Shown one piece after another: positions 9,654 through 19,506 of a stretch of DNA of 64,000 bases. A program made the position numbers and the translations under genes. Location of the stretch: IMG/VR virus record IMGVR_UViG_3300034105_001195, positions 1 to 64,000 of that record, one strand, 5' to 3'. The stretch's first letter is position 1; every line of letters begins with the position of its first letter. Under the pieces are notes generated by a model. It made no database searches and had not been told where the DNA came from. It saw nothing but the letters and a program-made list of their open reading frames with translations. Origin of the DNA: a virus.

Positions 9654-10135
9654 TACTCCGCCTTCCATACTGGTACGAATCCCGAGTCAGTCTTAGTATA
9701 CAATATAATGTTGTGTTTGAAAAGACCTAGCAATTCAGCCCTTGAAGGAACATTTTTAGAATGCCCTGAGTCTAATATAAACTCGTGCACCTGCAAAACA
9801 TCCTTTTGGCTAAACATATACTTAGACCAGTTTTTGTTTTCTGGATCTCCTATCGGATATATCTTTGAGGGAGCCTTAATCTTTCCCTCTAAAATATAAT
9901 CGTGAAGAGTTACTGTATGTTTATTTAAAAGGCCAGATACATCCTTCATGCTGTAAGCATTTTCCATATGCTTTTCAACTTGAGAGTAAGAGTACATAAC
10001 TCTTTTATGATCAGGGTAGCACCAAGCAACTAGTTCATCTTTAGATCTAGATGACCTCAAAACCTTATGTACTTTATCGTTTAAGAAGAAATACCGTAAT
10101 TTTTTGAGTTTGCTGTTTCTCTTTTTTCTAGCCAT
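9653..10135 (-). CDS. Putative DNA-binding protein (MerR/excisionase-like HTH)
   Basis: Basic N-terminus; YSMKDVSGLLNKHTVTLHDYILEGKIKAP resembles a winged HTH. Confidence 0.55.
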   Translation of the reverse strand: MARKKRNSKLKKLRYFFLNDKVHKVLRSSRSKDELVAWCYPDHKRVMYSYSQVEKHMENAYSMKDVSGLLNKHTVTLHDYILEGKIKAPSKIYPIGDPENKNWSKYMFSQKDVLQVHEFILDSGHSKNVPSRAELLGLFKHNIILYTKTDSGFVPVWKAE

Positions 10136-10266
10136 TTCCCGAAAGCACTCGTCTCTTTATTAATCATATTTCTTTTCCCGCATAAAATGCAGAACAACTC
10201 TACGTGTAGCTTTTGTGAGAACACTCTGTCTACAAAAACTCTACCACCACATTTTCCGCACCACAT
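10081..10266 (-). CDS. Small zinc-ribbon protein
   Basis: CGKC...CILC ligands. Confidence 0.7.
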   Translation of the reverse strand: MWCGKCGGRVFVDRVFSQKLHVELFCILCGKRNMINKETSAFGKWLEKRETANSKNYGISS

Positions 10267-11066
10267 TATAGTGTAAACAACTTCCCGTCAACAACGCATG
10301 AATAATCAGGCGCTACGTGGATCATCTGTATATGTGGATAATCATTGACAATATGAGCGATAGCAAATCCCTTTTGCCAGTCGTGGTGTTGCATGTACTT
10401 CATTCCTGGACCCTTTTCGTCACACATATGCCCAAGCTCATAGCCTCGAAGTGTTTCTCCTTCTCCGCCGTTTCGTAATTCATAAGTAACTAGGTGGGAT
10501 GCAATTCTGTGAGAGTGACCTCTAATTAAAGATACCTGTAGGTCTTCCATGTCCTTGCGAACAGAACCAGTTGCTGCAATTGAGAGTCCATGATGTACGT
10601 GGATATCTCCGAAGCGGCGCTTAGGCAATTCGTTATAGTGAATATATTCATAACCCAAAGAGTCTAATCCCCAAAGTGCTTCTGGAGTTACCTCATTAAT
10701 GTAGTCAGGAAGCTTTGCATCTACGTAGTTAAAAATTCTAACATCGTGGTTTCCTAGTGCTGAAAACAGTTGCGCTTCTGGCAACATCTCTCGTGTCTTT
10801 GTATAAAAATCTCTTGCGCCCTTTGCCTCATGTCGCATCATTGGAACAATAAGATCTCTGCTATCAGTCTTGTGAAGGTTTAAAAACTCTGCTGATCTTC
10901 CTTCTGTATACTTGCTATAGCAGGCTTGATCGTCTGTATCACCAAGGTAGTCAACAACGTCTGGCTTAAACCACTTCATTACCTTAAACCAAAGGGCAAT
11001 CATCTTGTCATCTTGATATGGGAATTGCTGGTCGGATGATATCATCCACTTTAAATCGTTACTCAT
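10266..11066 (-). CDS. Calcineurin-like metallophosphoesterase
   Basis: SDQQ, LGDTDD, GNHD, HHG and GHSH motifs. Confidence 0.85.
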   Translation of the reverse strand: MSNDLKWMISSDQQFPYQDDKMIALWFKVMKWFKPDVVDYLGDTDDQACYSKYTEGRSAEFLNLHKTDSRDLIVPMMRHEAKGARDFYTKTREMLPEAQLFSALGNHDVRIFNYVDAKLPDYINEVTPEALWGLDSLGYEYIHYNELPKRRFGDIHVHHGLSIAATGSVRKDMEDLQVSLIRGHSHRIASHLVTYELRNGGEGETLRGYELGHMCDEKGPGMKYMQHHDWQKGFAIAHIVNDYPHIQMIHVAPDYSCVVDGKLFTL

Positions 11067-11083
11067 TGTCTACCTTAATATGT

Positions 11084-11108
11084 AAAAAAGTCACGGGTAC
11101 GTGACTTT
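11084..11108 (-). terminator. Intrinsic terminator-like hairpin
   Basis: Minus strand AAAGTCACG-TACC-CGTGACTTTTTT: perfect stem followed by a U-tract. Confidence 0.6.
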
Positions 11109-11120
11109 GGTGTTACAGTA

Positions 11121-11148
11121 ATTGTAACATATTGGTTCAGCTTGTCAA
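11121..11148 (-). promoter_or_regulatory. Sigma70-type promoter of the replication operon with an overlapping palindrome
   Basis: TTGACA-N16-TACAAT with a TG extension; inverted repeat TGTTACA-N5-TGTAACA at 11111-11129. Confidence 0.7.
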
Positions 11149-11154
11149 TAGGGT

Positions 11155-11574
11155 TTATGCTTCTACAGCAAAAACATAAAGATCAAATTTAGCTGTCTTA
11201 AATCCCCTGCCTCTAACTTCAAAAATTGCTTGTGTCGTGGAAACGCTTAATACTTGTATTTTAAATCCAAACTCTGACCCATCATATGAGCCTTTGCTTA
11301 CCAGTTGGCACCAGACTCTTGGTGGGTTTGTAAACTTCATTGGAGTTAGATCCCATTTAATCTGTGGCTTCTTGCTTGCATTAGCTTCAAATGTTTTAAT
11401 GGTGCTATATATTTTTTGAGATACAGCATTTTTATTTTGATCTCCGCCCGCAGATGCGAGGCTTAAAGAAAATGACCCTGCTTTAGTCTTGTTTAATTCT
11501 GCGATATCTAATACTAAGCTATTTATAATATCTGCTGTTACTGGATCCCCAGGTTGTATTGGATTTGTAGCCAT
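11155..11574 (-). CDS. Minor tail/fibre protein with a small lectin-like C-terminus
   Basis: PGDPVTADIINSL N-terminus; FTNPPRV...YVFAVE H-type-lectin/gp53-like end; last gene of the tail region. Confidence 0.55.
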   Translation of the reverse strand: MATNPIQPGDPVTADIINSLVLDIAELNKTKAGSFSLSLASAGGDQNKNAVSQKIYSTIKTFEANASKKPQIKWDLTPMKFTNPPRVWCQLVSKGSYDGSEFGFKIQVLSVSTTQAIFEVRGRGFKTAKFDLYVFAVEA

Positions 11575-11577
11575 TTA

Positions 11578-11736
11578 TTACTCCTCTGTTTGTTCCGCTG
11601 GAACTTCTTGTGACTTATTTCCTTCAGAGAGTTGTGTTATTTCTGCTCTAAGGATTGCTATATGCGTCTCATATTGTGAGACAATCTCTCCGATACGCTG
11701 TTGAAGCGCTTGAATTACTAGTTCTGCTTTTTCCAT
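11578..11736 (-). CDS. Small coiled-coil protein (52 aa)
   Basis: Read by hand: MEKAELVIQALQQRIGEIVSQYETHIAILRAEITQL...; AAGGAGA RBS and a TGGTATACT promoter upstream. Confidence 0.75.
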   Translation of the reverse strand: MEKAELVIQALQQRIGEIVSQYETHIAILRAEITQLSEGNKSQEVPAEQTEE

Positions 11737-11767
11737 TATATCTCCTTGATAGATTTACAGTATACCA

Positions 11768-11971
11768 TTATGGCGTATTGTTGTCTAGCCCGTGTAAAGA
11801 ACTATATGACTCGGTTGTCATATCTTCATCTGTGATTCCATCGTGCCTCGCAAAAACTTCTGTTAGCAATGAGCCACAATCTGGACAATTTGCATAAGCA
11901 AAGCTTGAATCTATAGATGATGCGTAAAGTTCTTTATCATCTATACAGACCGCACAAAAAAACTTAAACAT
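11768..11971 (-). CDS. Small zinc-ribbon protein
   Basis: CAVC...CPDC ligands; TAATG-coupled to the tail fibre gene. Confidence 0.6.
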   Translation of the reverse strand: MFKFFCAVCIDDKELYASSIDSSFAYANCPDCGSLLTEVFARHDGITDEDMTTESYSSLHGLDNNTP

Positions 11972-14748
11972 TATCTTGCCTCCAATTCTAATATTTTTTG
12001 CTCCATGGCTTCAACCTTTTCTTTTAGCTCTCTAACTATTGGTATTAAAAGCATTGGTATTTTTTGTTCATTTTTAAGTGATGTCGGCTCTCCGTTTAAA
12101 TTTCTTTGCACAAATATTCCTAGTCCCGCATCTTCTAAGTCTTCTACGATTGGTCCAAATCCATGCTGTCCCCATACGCTTGAATCTGTTTCTGGGTGAT
12201 TGTGCTTGTAGGTATAGAATGCTGGATTTATATCAAGAACTCTATCGTAATATGATTTTGGAGCGTATGTAATATTTTCTTTAAATCTTCTTGAAGATGT
12301 ATCGTTTACAAGGCCTCCTCCTGCTATATACCTATAATCTCTTGCTCTAATATCATTTCTAATTTCAGCAGCGTAACTTCTTTGCGAGGAATCCGCTGCA
12401 AATCTAAACGTTTTTGTTTTAGTATTAACATAAAAAGATGATCCAGGAACAGTTGTATCCTGTCCAGCTATAAAAGCATACGTTCCAGTAGAATAGCTTC
12501 CACTTTCCCAGCCAAAATGCATTATTGTATCATTAGATGGATTTTGAAATAAAATTCTAGGTCCTACTGATGTATCTGCGTATAGATCTGAAACTGAGCT
12601 AATATTAAATCCAGCTATTTTACCGCTTGTAGCAGTAATTGCACCCTTCATTGATATAGTGCCCGTACTGCTAATGCTTAAATTTTGAGATCCCCCACTA
12701 TACCCACGAATTCCATTGCCGTCAATAGCAAATCCATTTGTTGTATTACCACCAGTGATATTTAATCTTGCAACGTCAATTGTTCCAGTAGTAATACGAT
12801 CACCATTTATTACAGTAGTATTGTATGCAAGTACTGTATTAATATCTCCTGCCGCCATTTTTAAAGCTGCTAAATCTTTTGCTTCTTGTGCTCTTTGCTG
12901 GGCTAGCGTTACACCAGTTTCTGCTGCTACTGCTTTGTCATAAGCTGTATCAGCTCTACTTTGTGCAGTAGAAGCAGCACTACTTGCTGCTGTTGCAGTA
13001 TTAGATGCTGCTGTTGCAGTATTAGATGCAGATGTAGCAGTGCTAGATGCAAGAACAATTGAATCGTATGTAGAGCCACTGCTTATTACAATCTGACCTG
13101 ATATTTGTGCTCCAGATGCATATAGCTTTCCTTCTTTTGTTACTGCAAAATGATTATTAGCAGCAGTTTGAGCGTCTTGAGATCCAACCCACAATCTGTA
13201 TGTTGGATGAGATGCGTCAAGCTTTACAATAGAGTTAAGTGTTCCTGTTGTATCTCCTAAAGTTATAATTCCAGTGTTTTCAATTTTAGTGTTAGAGGAT
13301 GAAAATCCTGTTGTTGCTAATGTCCAGCCGCCAACAGTTCCAGACCTTGCATCTATTTGACCAGTTGACTGCTGCAAAGAGAATGTCAATCCTGTTGTAT
13401 TGTCTATGCTTGTAGAATTATACGCAAATATACCTTCGCTACTTAATCTTACTCTTGCTCCTGATGTAGGGTTTGCTCCAGCATAGAGTGTTCCGCTTGT
13501 TGTTCCGCCTGTTGGAATAGCAAGCTGAACGTTTCCTGTAAATTTGCCGCCTGTTGCATTAACGTTTCCAGTTAAATATAAGTTGGTCCCATTCCAGTAC
13601 ATAAACTCTGTTGGGTTTCCAACTCTAAACTGGCCTGTAGTAAGCCAGAAGTTGTTTCCAACATTTGTCGTAGACTTGTTTAATATAATTCCGTGATATG
13701 TTCCTGGAGTTAATGTTGGGGTTACTAGTGGGTCTGTGTTTAAGTTAATACTTTGGGATATGCCTGTTCCTATTTTAAATAGGTCTTGTGATGCTCCGCC
13801 TATGGCTATAAAAGATTTAAGTCTTGCTAATGCGCCTGCTGCTGTTCCGTCTGCATCGGAAGCAATAAATGTTCCACTTGCAGCACCAGTCCAGTTTACA
13901 ACATCGTAAGGTGTTGTTGATGCAACTTGATAATAATATGTTGTATTTGGAATTAATCCTGTTGCAGTAAAGGAAGTTGTTGATCTTCCGCTTACAGATG
14001 CATACTCCCAAAGTGGGGTTGCTCCAACTACTGATGGATCATTTGTTGACCATCTTAGTGCGTAACCAGCGGTCTTTGTATCTGCAGACTGAGTCCAATT
14101 AATGGTTGAGACAAGACTAAATCCGCTTAAGTCTTTCGGATCAATTGATGCGCTTGCACTTGGATTTGTTGGATTTGCAACAGTATATGTCGTGTCAACA
14201 TCTGCGCTAAATGGGGTGACTGGACCCGCAGTTACTTCTGATATATTTAAATCATCCCACTTATCTCTAGACCTAACTTTTACCCAGCGTGGAGCAAATG
14301 CATTAGCCCCTGTTGTAAGAATTGAAACATTAGTTGATGTTCCTGTATAAACAATAGTTTGTGTAGCAAAATTGCTTGTAAGGCTTTCAAATATAACAAC
14401 ATCTTCTTGTACGCTTGCAGGGTCAATATCAAACTTAACTCCGTAAGATTGAGAGCCTGCCGTTAATGTTAAGTTCTGTACCGCCTTGGTTAAATTAGGA
14501 ATAGCAAAAGTTTCTGTCCAAATCGGAGACGAGTCGCTGAACTTTTTCTCTTTTGTATCTGCATTTTCGTGCTCATACTTAAACCAAAACTTATATTTCT
14601 TGTTCTTAATAAGAGGCAAAATTACTTTTACTGTATAAGAGGATTTAGACGTAGAAGCAGCAGATGCGGCTGACGCTACATTTGTCTTTTCTAAATCAGC
14701 AGGCAGGTCTTGCTCCCACCATCTATCGCCATATCCCCTTGTTGTCAT
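11971..14748 (-). CDS. Tail fibre/spike with Fn3-like domains and a C-terminal intramolecular chaperone (peptidase S74-like)
   Basis: GLIPNTTYYYQV Fn3 signature; beta-rich repeats; coiled coil; SSRRFKENI...GPIVEDL...coiled-coil chaperone. Confidence 0.8.
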   Translation of the reverse strand: MTTRGYGDRWWEQDLPADLEKTNVASAASAASTSKSSYTVKVILPLIKNKKYKFWFKYEHENADTKEKKFSDSSPIWTETFAIPNLTKAVQNLTLTAGSQSYGVKFDIDPASVQEDVVIFESLTSNFATQTIVYTGTSTNVSILTTGANAFAPRWVKVRSRDKWDDLNISEVTAGPVTPFSADVDTTYTVANPTNPSASASIDPKDLSGFSLVSTINWTQSADTKTAGYALRWSTNDPSVVGATPLWEYASVSGRSTTSFTATGLIPNTTYYYQVASTTPYDVVNWTGAASGTFIASDADGTAAGALARLKSFIAIGGASQDLFKIGTGISQSINLNTDPLVTPTLTPGTYHGIILNKSTTNVGNNFWLTTGQFRVGNPTEFMYWNGTNLYLTGNVNATGGKFTGNVQLAIPTGGTTSGTLYAGANPTSGARVRLSSEGIFAYNSTSIDNTTGLTFSLQQSTGQIDARSGTVGGWTLATTGFSSSNTKIENTGIITLGDTTGTLNSIVKLDASHPTYRLWVGSQDAQTAANNHFAVTKEGKLYASGAQISGQIVISSGSTYDSIVLASSTATSASNTATAASNTATAASSAASTAQSRADTAYDKAVAAETGVTLAQQRAQEAKDLAALKMAAGDINTVLAYNTTVINGDRITTGTIDVARLNITGGNTTNGFAIDGNGIRGYSGGSQNLSISSTGTISMKGAITATSGKIAGFNISSVSDLYADTSVGPRILFQNPSNDTIMHFGWESGSYSTGTYAFIAGQDTTVPGSSFYVNTKTKTFRFAADSSQRSYAAEIRNDIRARDYRYIAGGGLVNDTSSRRFKENITYAPKSYYDRVLDINPAFYTYKHNHPETDSSVWGQHGFGPIVEDLEDAGLGIFVQRNLNGEPTSLKNEQKIPMLLIPIVRELKEKVEAMEQKILELEAR

Positions 14749-15704
14749 TAAAAGTTTATTCCTAGTCTGTACTCAATAACCATTTGCTTTCCTAAAGACT
14801 TAGTTATTGGTGTTGTAAGAACTGATCTGCTTATCATGCCATAGTCAGTTCTGAATGAATCCTCATCATTTATTCTTAGTCCGTCAAATAATGCAGTTGT
14901 TGAACCTGAAGATTTTGCTTTTACCCCAACCGATATTTTAACAATTGCTGTTTGGTCTGGTGTTCCAACTCCAAAACCACTGGAGTATAAATTGTTAAGC
15001 GTTAGTGAGTTAATCTTGTCTCCGATAGATGCGCTACCTGGGAATCTAATCTCGTAGTAATTATTACTAGAATCATATGTCCTTACAAAGACATAATCTA
15101 AATTTGTATCACTTTGATAATAGGCAAGAGTAAAACTATCTAGTGCGCTATACCCTGATATGTCTAGATTAAAGTTGTAGAAATATTCTTTTGACTGCGA
15201 AGTACTTGCGCTAATCGGTAGATACGACGTTCCAATTTTAGGAAACGGTGTTGTAACTGATGTAGGAGATACTCCTGCTGAGTCTTTCCAGCTTTGGTTG
15301 TCTTCAAATGTAGATATAGAATTACTTGCATAATCAGTGCTTCCCAAAGATATGCTTGGGAAAAGTCCTACCTCATTAATTATTCCTGCAACATCTACAG
15401 GCAATGTTGTTTTATAAACAACTCCATACGTGCTTAGCCCTGTTGACGAGCTTGTTTGAATATCTATGCTGTTCATCGAAACTGGAGATTTATAAAACTC
15501 AAATCCTAGTTGAGTATCATTAACTGTTGCAGCAGTTGAACCTATTCCTACTGCAATATCTTTTAGATTAGTATTAGATTGACCAGCTAAGTATTGAGTC
15601 AAATATCTTTTTCCAAACTTAGTTATTAAATTTTTACTACGATATACTTCTTTGTTGTCTTCGTAGAATACGTATTCTCCAAGTAAATTCATGCTATTGT
15701 CCAT
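14748..15704 (-). CDS. Minor tail/baseplate protein
   Basis: NLITKFGKRYL...IAVGIGSTAA..DTQL..E N-terminus typical of baseplate/tail-collar proteins; position in the tail operon. Confidence 0.65.
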   Translation of the reverse strand: MDNSMNLLGEYVFYEDNKEVYRSKNLITKFGKRYLTQYLAGQSNTNLKDIAVGIGSTAATVNDTQLGFEFYKSPVSMNSIDIQTSSSTGLSTYGVVYKTTLPVDVAGIINEVGLFPSISLGSTDYASNSISTFEDNQSWKDSAGVSPTSVTTPFPKIGTSYLPISASTSQSKEYFYNFNLDISGYSALDSFTLAYYQSDTNLDYVFVRTYDSSNNYYEIRFPGSASIGDKINSLTLNNLYSSGFGVGTPDQTAIVKISVGVKAKSSGSTTALFDGLRINDEDSFRTDYGMISRSVLTTPITKSLGKQMVIEYRLGINF

Positions 15705-16047
15705 AACCCTCTACCCCTATCACTGTGTCTCCGCCGCTATTTTTAACATTAAATACAAATTCAACATACTGATTCTTATTCTTATCAGTTACCATTGTCT
15801 TACTTACAAGAGAAATATCAGATAAAGATGGAGCTGCGAGGAAAACCGTTTCATCCCCTGGATCATCCTCTGGATCGTCTGGATCTTCTTCTGGATCAAT
15901 TGCCGAATCAAATATAACATTAAGGCTTCCTGGTTCAACGAGAGCATAATAGTCTGGCTTTAATATTTTAATTAAAGGGTCGCCAGGGAAAAGCAGTAGT
16001 TTCTTTTCTTTTGCTGTTGACGAGGCTGGCTTTTTCATATAACTCAT
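15694..16047 (-). CDS. Hypothetical tail-region protein (probably leaderless)
   Basis: ORF in the tail operon; TGGTAGAAT ends 7 nt upstream of the ATG. Confidence 0.6.
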   Translation of the reverse strand: MSYMKKPASSTAKEKKLLLFPGDPLIKILKPDYYALVEPGSLNVIFDSAIDPEEDPDDPEDDPGDETVFLAAPSLSDISLVSKTMVTDKNKNQYVEFVFNVKNSGGDTVIGVEGYGQ

Positions 16048-16067
16048 ATTTACATTCTACCATTTCC

Positions 16068-19000
16068 TCATGTATGAATCGACCTACACGCCAGGGAAGT
16101 TGTTGGCGGGGAATCTTTATCGTATGTGCTGTCTATGGATAACACAATAAATTTACTAGCGTAGAATCCGCTTGGAATACTCAAATCTTCAGAAGAATAT
16201 AGCTCATTATTTGGATAGGATATCTCAACAACATCTCCAATTTGGACAATTGGATTTAAGAAAGTCTCTAAGGATACAACCTTTTGCTGCTTAGACCATT
16301 GCTTTGACATCCAAGACGCCAGGTCCTTTGCTTCCGTCTCTCTTTGAATCCATGTAGAGTCAAATCCAACAATCTCTACCTTCTGAGCATCTGTAAGTGT
16401 TGGGTCCATATATTCAAATGAATCTGAAGGAACAATTGAGTTACCAATAATAACAAACTGCTTTTCTTCATCATTTGCCAATGCCGTAAAGGCTCCTGTA
16501 TTATTTAAAACATAGACGTCCATTGAGAATAAATCAAGCGATGCTCCCACAACGGTTACGTCATTATTATTTACAAGGCTTGGATACAAAGGAAACCCTG
16601 GGGTTGTGAATCTAGATTGAATTCTTCTAAGCTCTCTTGCAACTGGACCAAATTCTCTTAGCCAAGTAGTGTTTGTCTGCTGGGACTTTTGATTAAATAT
16701 AAAGTCTCCGAATGTTTTTGTTATAGGGAAGCCTCCTGCTAGGAATCCCTTGTAAGGGTCAAAAGAACTATCTGCAGTAAATTCTTCAATTGTTAATGGA
16801 GCAGCATAGATGTAGTCAAAAGCTGAAACTCCTTGAAGAGACATAAGGCCTATCTTTTGAGTTATAGTAAAAGGATCTTGATCAACAACTACAAAGGATT
16901 TATTGTTAATAGAAACCCTAAGAGTTAAAACTTTGCCTGGTGTTGGCTGTCCTGCAGCAACAGTGGGAGTTGAATAGTTGGCACGAATATCTACCCTATA
17001 CATTTTTCCGCCATTTATGTTTGTAACAATAGATCCGTCATCTTCTTTTTGCTGATCTGTCATCTTTACAGGCTTGCCATTTACAATTTTATAAAAATTA
17101 ATATCCCTGTATGATTTATCTGCGTTACTATTTTGTGATGTAGCAATAGACAGAAAATATCCGCTTGTATTATTTGCATTTAATGAGAATGCAAGTCCAG
17201 AGATGGTTCTTTGTTCTCCCGTAGCACGACTATCGCTTGGCTTCTTCAAGAGAGGGAAGTACATGTTCGTACCTATAACAAAATTTTCTGTGGCCGATCC
17301 GTCTGTCTTAGCGTATTTTGGAGAAACAGTTTTTTCTGTTACAAGGCTGTATTTTGTATTTTGAATATATTCAGTTAGGTTTGCATCTAGTGCACTTGGC
17401 TTTGACTCAACAACTGGAGCAAATACGGTCATCATTGATCTAGGAACTGAGTAGAATAAATCATTATTCTTTCCCACTCCTTTGCCATCTGCGTCTTTAA
17501 TTGAAACCTCTTTTAAGGTAAACACAGAGTTATCTGTAGTGTATGCTCCTGCTCCCCCTACTGTAGAATCCCACTTTCTTCCTTCCCACTCTGCCTGCAA
17601 AGATGCTATGTCAGCACTGTGGGTTAAAGATGTAAGATCATCGCTCTTAACAACATCAAAGGCATTTCTTTTTTTAATTCTATATTGACCTGTTGGCTTA
17701 AAACTATTTGGCTTTGCAAGTGCTTGACTTGACTGTATATCCGAATCAGATGTGATCCATTTTTCAACAGTAGGCTGTCCAGCTATCGGTGGAGAAGGCT
17801 CATAAGTATACTGAATAGCATCGTATTCAATTATTTCTTTTCCTAAAACTAAATATCCAGTATAAGAATAAAGTGTTGCAGCAGCTGAAGTTATCTGAAC
17901 AGGCGATAGCTTAATTACTCCAAGACTTGCACCTGGAGTTGTTGGCGGTGGACCTAAGTCCTCAATTAAGGCTGCGGCTCCTAGTTGAACTACTGGAGAT
18001 GTATAGACCTTGTCTCCATCTCCATCATAATTAGATGTGGTTTGTGGACTGTATAGAACTTTAATTGCCTTTACGCTTGGTATATTTTCAATTGCAATTG
18101 ATGCTATGTTTGCAAGCTTGCCATCTGATGTGTTGTTATACCTAAAAGATGCCACTGGAGTTTTTGTATTATCAAAAATATATCCTCTAGGGTAGAACTG
18201 TAAGATATCATTATTATCAAATACTGCAATCATCTGTGTATCTTTACATAAGTCTTGAACGTGTTGCCAGACCGTCTTTGAGGGATCGGTATACCAATAA
18301 AACGGGGTTACAATTGAATTGTCATTTGTAGCTAAATTAAACTTATAGTTTGTAAATCCGACTGAGTCTAGCAACCTTCTAATAATTGCAACTGATGACA
18401 TATCCTTTGTTACAATATCAGGCGGTTTAATGTATTGAAGATCCCTAGCACCATCTAGCGCATTTATTGAAATTTCTCCAAACTCGTCTACCTCATAGGA
18501 GTCCATATAAAAAACTCCAAGATTTATTTTTTCTGATTCGACTATGGTGAATGGTCTAATGATTACATTCTTATACATATTAATCTTTGCTTTATTAAAA
18601 GGAATATCTCTGTCATGGTAGGCATATGACCGATCATATGAATTTAAATTCATTCTTAATGAGTTTGCTGTGACATCACCTACTGGAACCAATCCATCTA
18701 TTTGATCTGATGAATTCTGAGATATATTAAATGACTCTAAGGATGCCGTAACATCTCTTACTAGTCTTGCTGATATTTCAATTATTCCTAGATACCCGCC
18801 TGAAGTATCAATGGAGTTAATCTGTAGCTTTAATCCGCTTAAATTTATTCCTTCAGATACCGTAGCAGGCTCTGTCTCTGACCAAGATGTTCCGTTATAG
18901 TATAAATTTACTACTCCAGAATCTGGGCAAGTTGTTCCAGTGTATATTAATGACTCTGCTCCCGCCAAGTTAACTAGTTTAACAGTCCACGATGTTGGCT

Positions 19001-19505
19001 TAGAATGCGATGTTTCAAACTTAACAACAATCTTATTTGTAGCAGCAGTCTTATTTGCTGGGTAAGATACAGATAGAATACAGTTAGACAAAAGCATGCC
19101 TGCCGCTTTGGGAGTTACCCAATATTTATAGGCTGTTTTTGTGCTAGAAAAATAAAGTCTTTTGCTAAATTCTTTTGCAGAAGCATATGTGGCTGCGCTT
19201 CCAATACCTGTAGTAGAAAGTGTTGAGGGTATGCTTGGGTCTCCCGAAATCATATACTGGATTCCAGCCTTCTTTGGGCGTCTTGGATCAATTATGCTTG
19301 TTATTGGAAATAGCTTTTCAAATGGTCTATAGGTGTATGTTCCGTCTTTAGAGGTCAGAGTTGCCGTTATAACGCCTTCTGGGGCTGTTACAGACGCTCC
19401 CAGGATCAAGTCGTTCATATTATACTCAAGGTGGCATCCATTGGTCACAGAGACGCTAACGGATTTATTTAATGCGTTTTTGACGGTATTTGATACTGAT
19501 ATCAA
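16068..19505 (-). CDS. Large minor tail protein (baseplate hub/central tip)
   Basis: 1145 aa; second gene after the TMP; C-terminal NPIVQIGDVVEI hub-like motif. Confidence 0.7.
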   Translation of the reverse strand: MISVSNTVKNALNKSVSVSVTNGCHLEYNMNDLILGASVTAPEGVITATLTSKDGTYTYRPFEKLFPITSIIDPRRPKKAGIQYMISGDPSIPSTLSTTGIGSAATYASAKEFSKRLYFSSTKTAYKYWVTPKAAGMLLSNCILSVSYPANKTAATNKIVVKFETSHSKPTSWTVKLVNLAGAESLIYTGTTCPDSGVVNLYYNGTSWSETEPATVSEGINLSGLKLQINSIDTSGGYLGIIEISARLVRDVTASLESFNISQNSSDQIDGLVPVGDVTANSLRMNLNSYDRSYAYHDRDIPFNKAKINMYKNVIIRPFTIVESEKINLGVFYMDSYEVDEFGEISINALDGARDLQYIKPPDIVTKDMSSVAIIRRLLDSVGFTNYKFNLATNDNSIVTPFYWYTDPSKTVWQHVQDLCKDTQMIAVFDNNDILQFYPRGYIFDNTKTPVASFRYNNTSDGKLANIASIAIENIPSVKAIKVLYSPQTTSNYDGDGDKVYTSPVVQLGAAALIEDLGPPPTTPGASLGVIKLSPVQITSAAATLYSYTGYLVLGKEIIEYDAIQYTYEPSPPIAGQPTVEKWITSDSDIQSSQALAKPNSFKPTGQYRIKKRNAFDVVKSDDLTSLTHSADIASLQAEWEGRKWDSTVGGAGAYTTDNSVFTLKEVSIKDADGKGVGKNNDLFYSVPRSMMTVFAPVVESKPSALDANLTEYIQNTKYSLVTEKTVSPKYAKTDGSATENFVIGTNMYFPLLKKPSDSRATGEQRTISGLAFSLNANNTSGYFLSIATSQNSNADKSYRDINFYKIVNGKPVKMTDQQKEDDGSIVTNINGGKMYRVDIRANYSTPTVAAGQPTPGKVLTLRVSINNKSFVVVDQDPFTITQKIGLMSLQGVSAFDYIYAAPLTIEEFTADSSFDPYKGFLAGGFPITKTFGDFIFNQKSQQTNTTWLREFGPVARELRRIQSRFTTPGFPLYPSLVNNNDVTVVGASLDLFSMDVYVLNNTGAFTALANDEEKQFVIIGNSIVPSDSFEYMDPTLTDAQKVEIVGFDSTWIQRETEAKDLASWMSKQWSKQQKVVSLETFLNPIVQIGDVVEISYPNNELYSSEDLSIPSGFYASKFIVLSIDSTYDKDSPPTTSLACRSIHT

Positions 19506-19506
19506 T

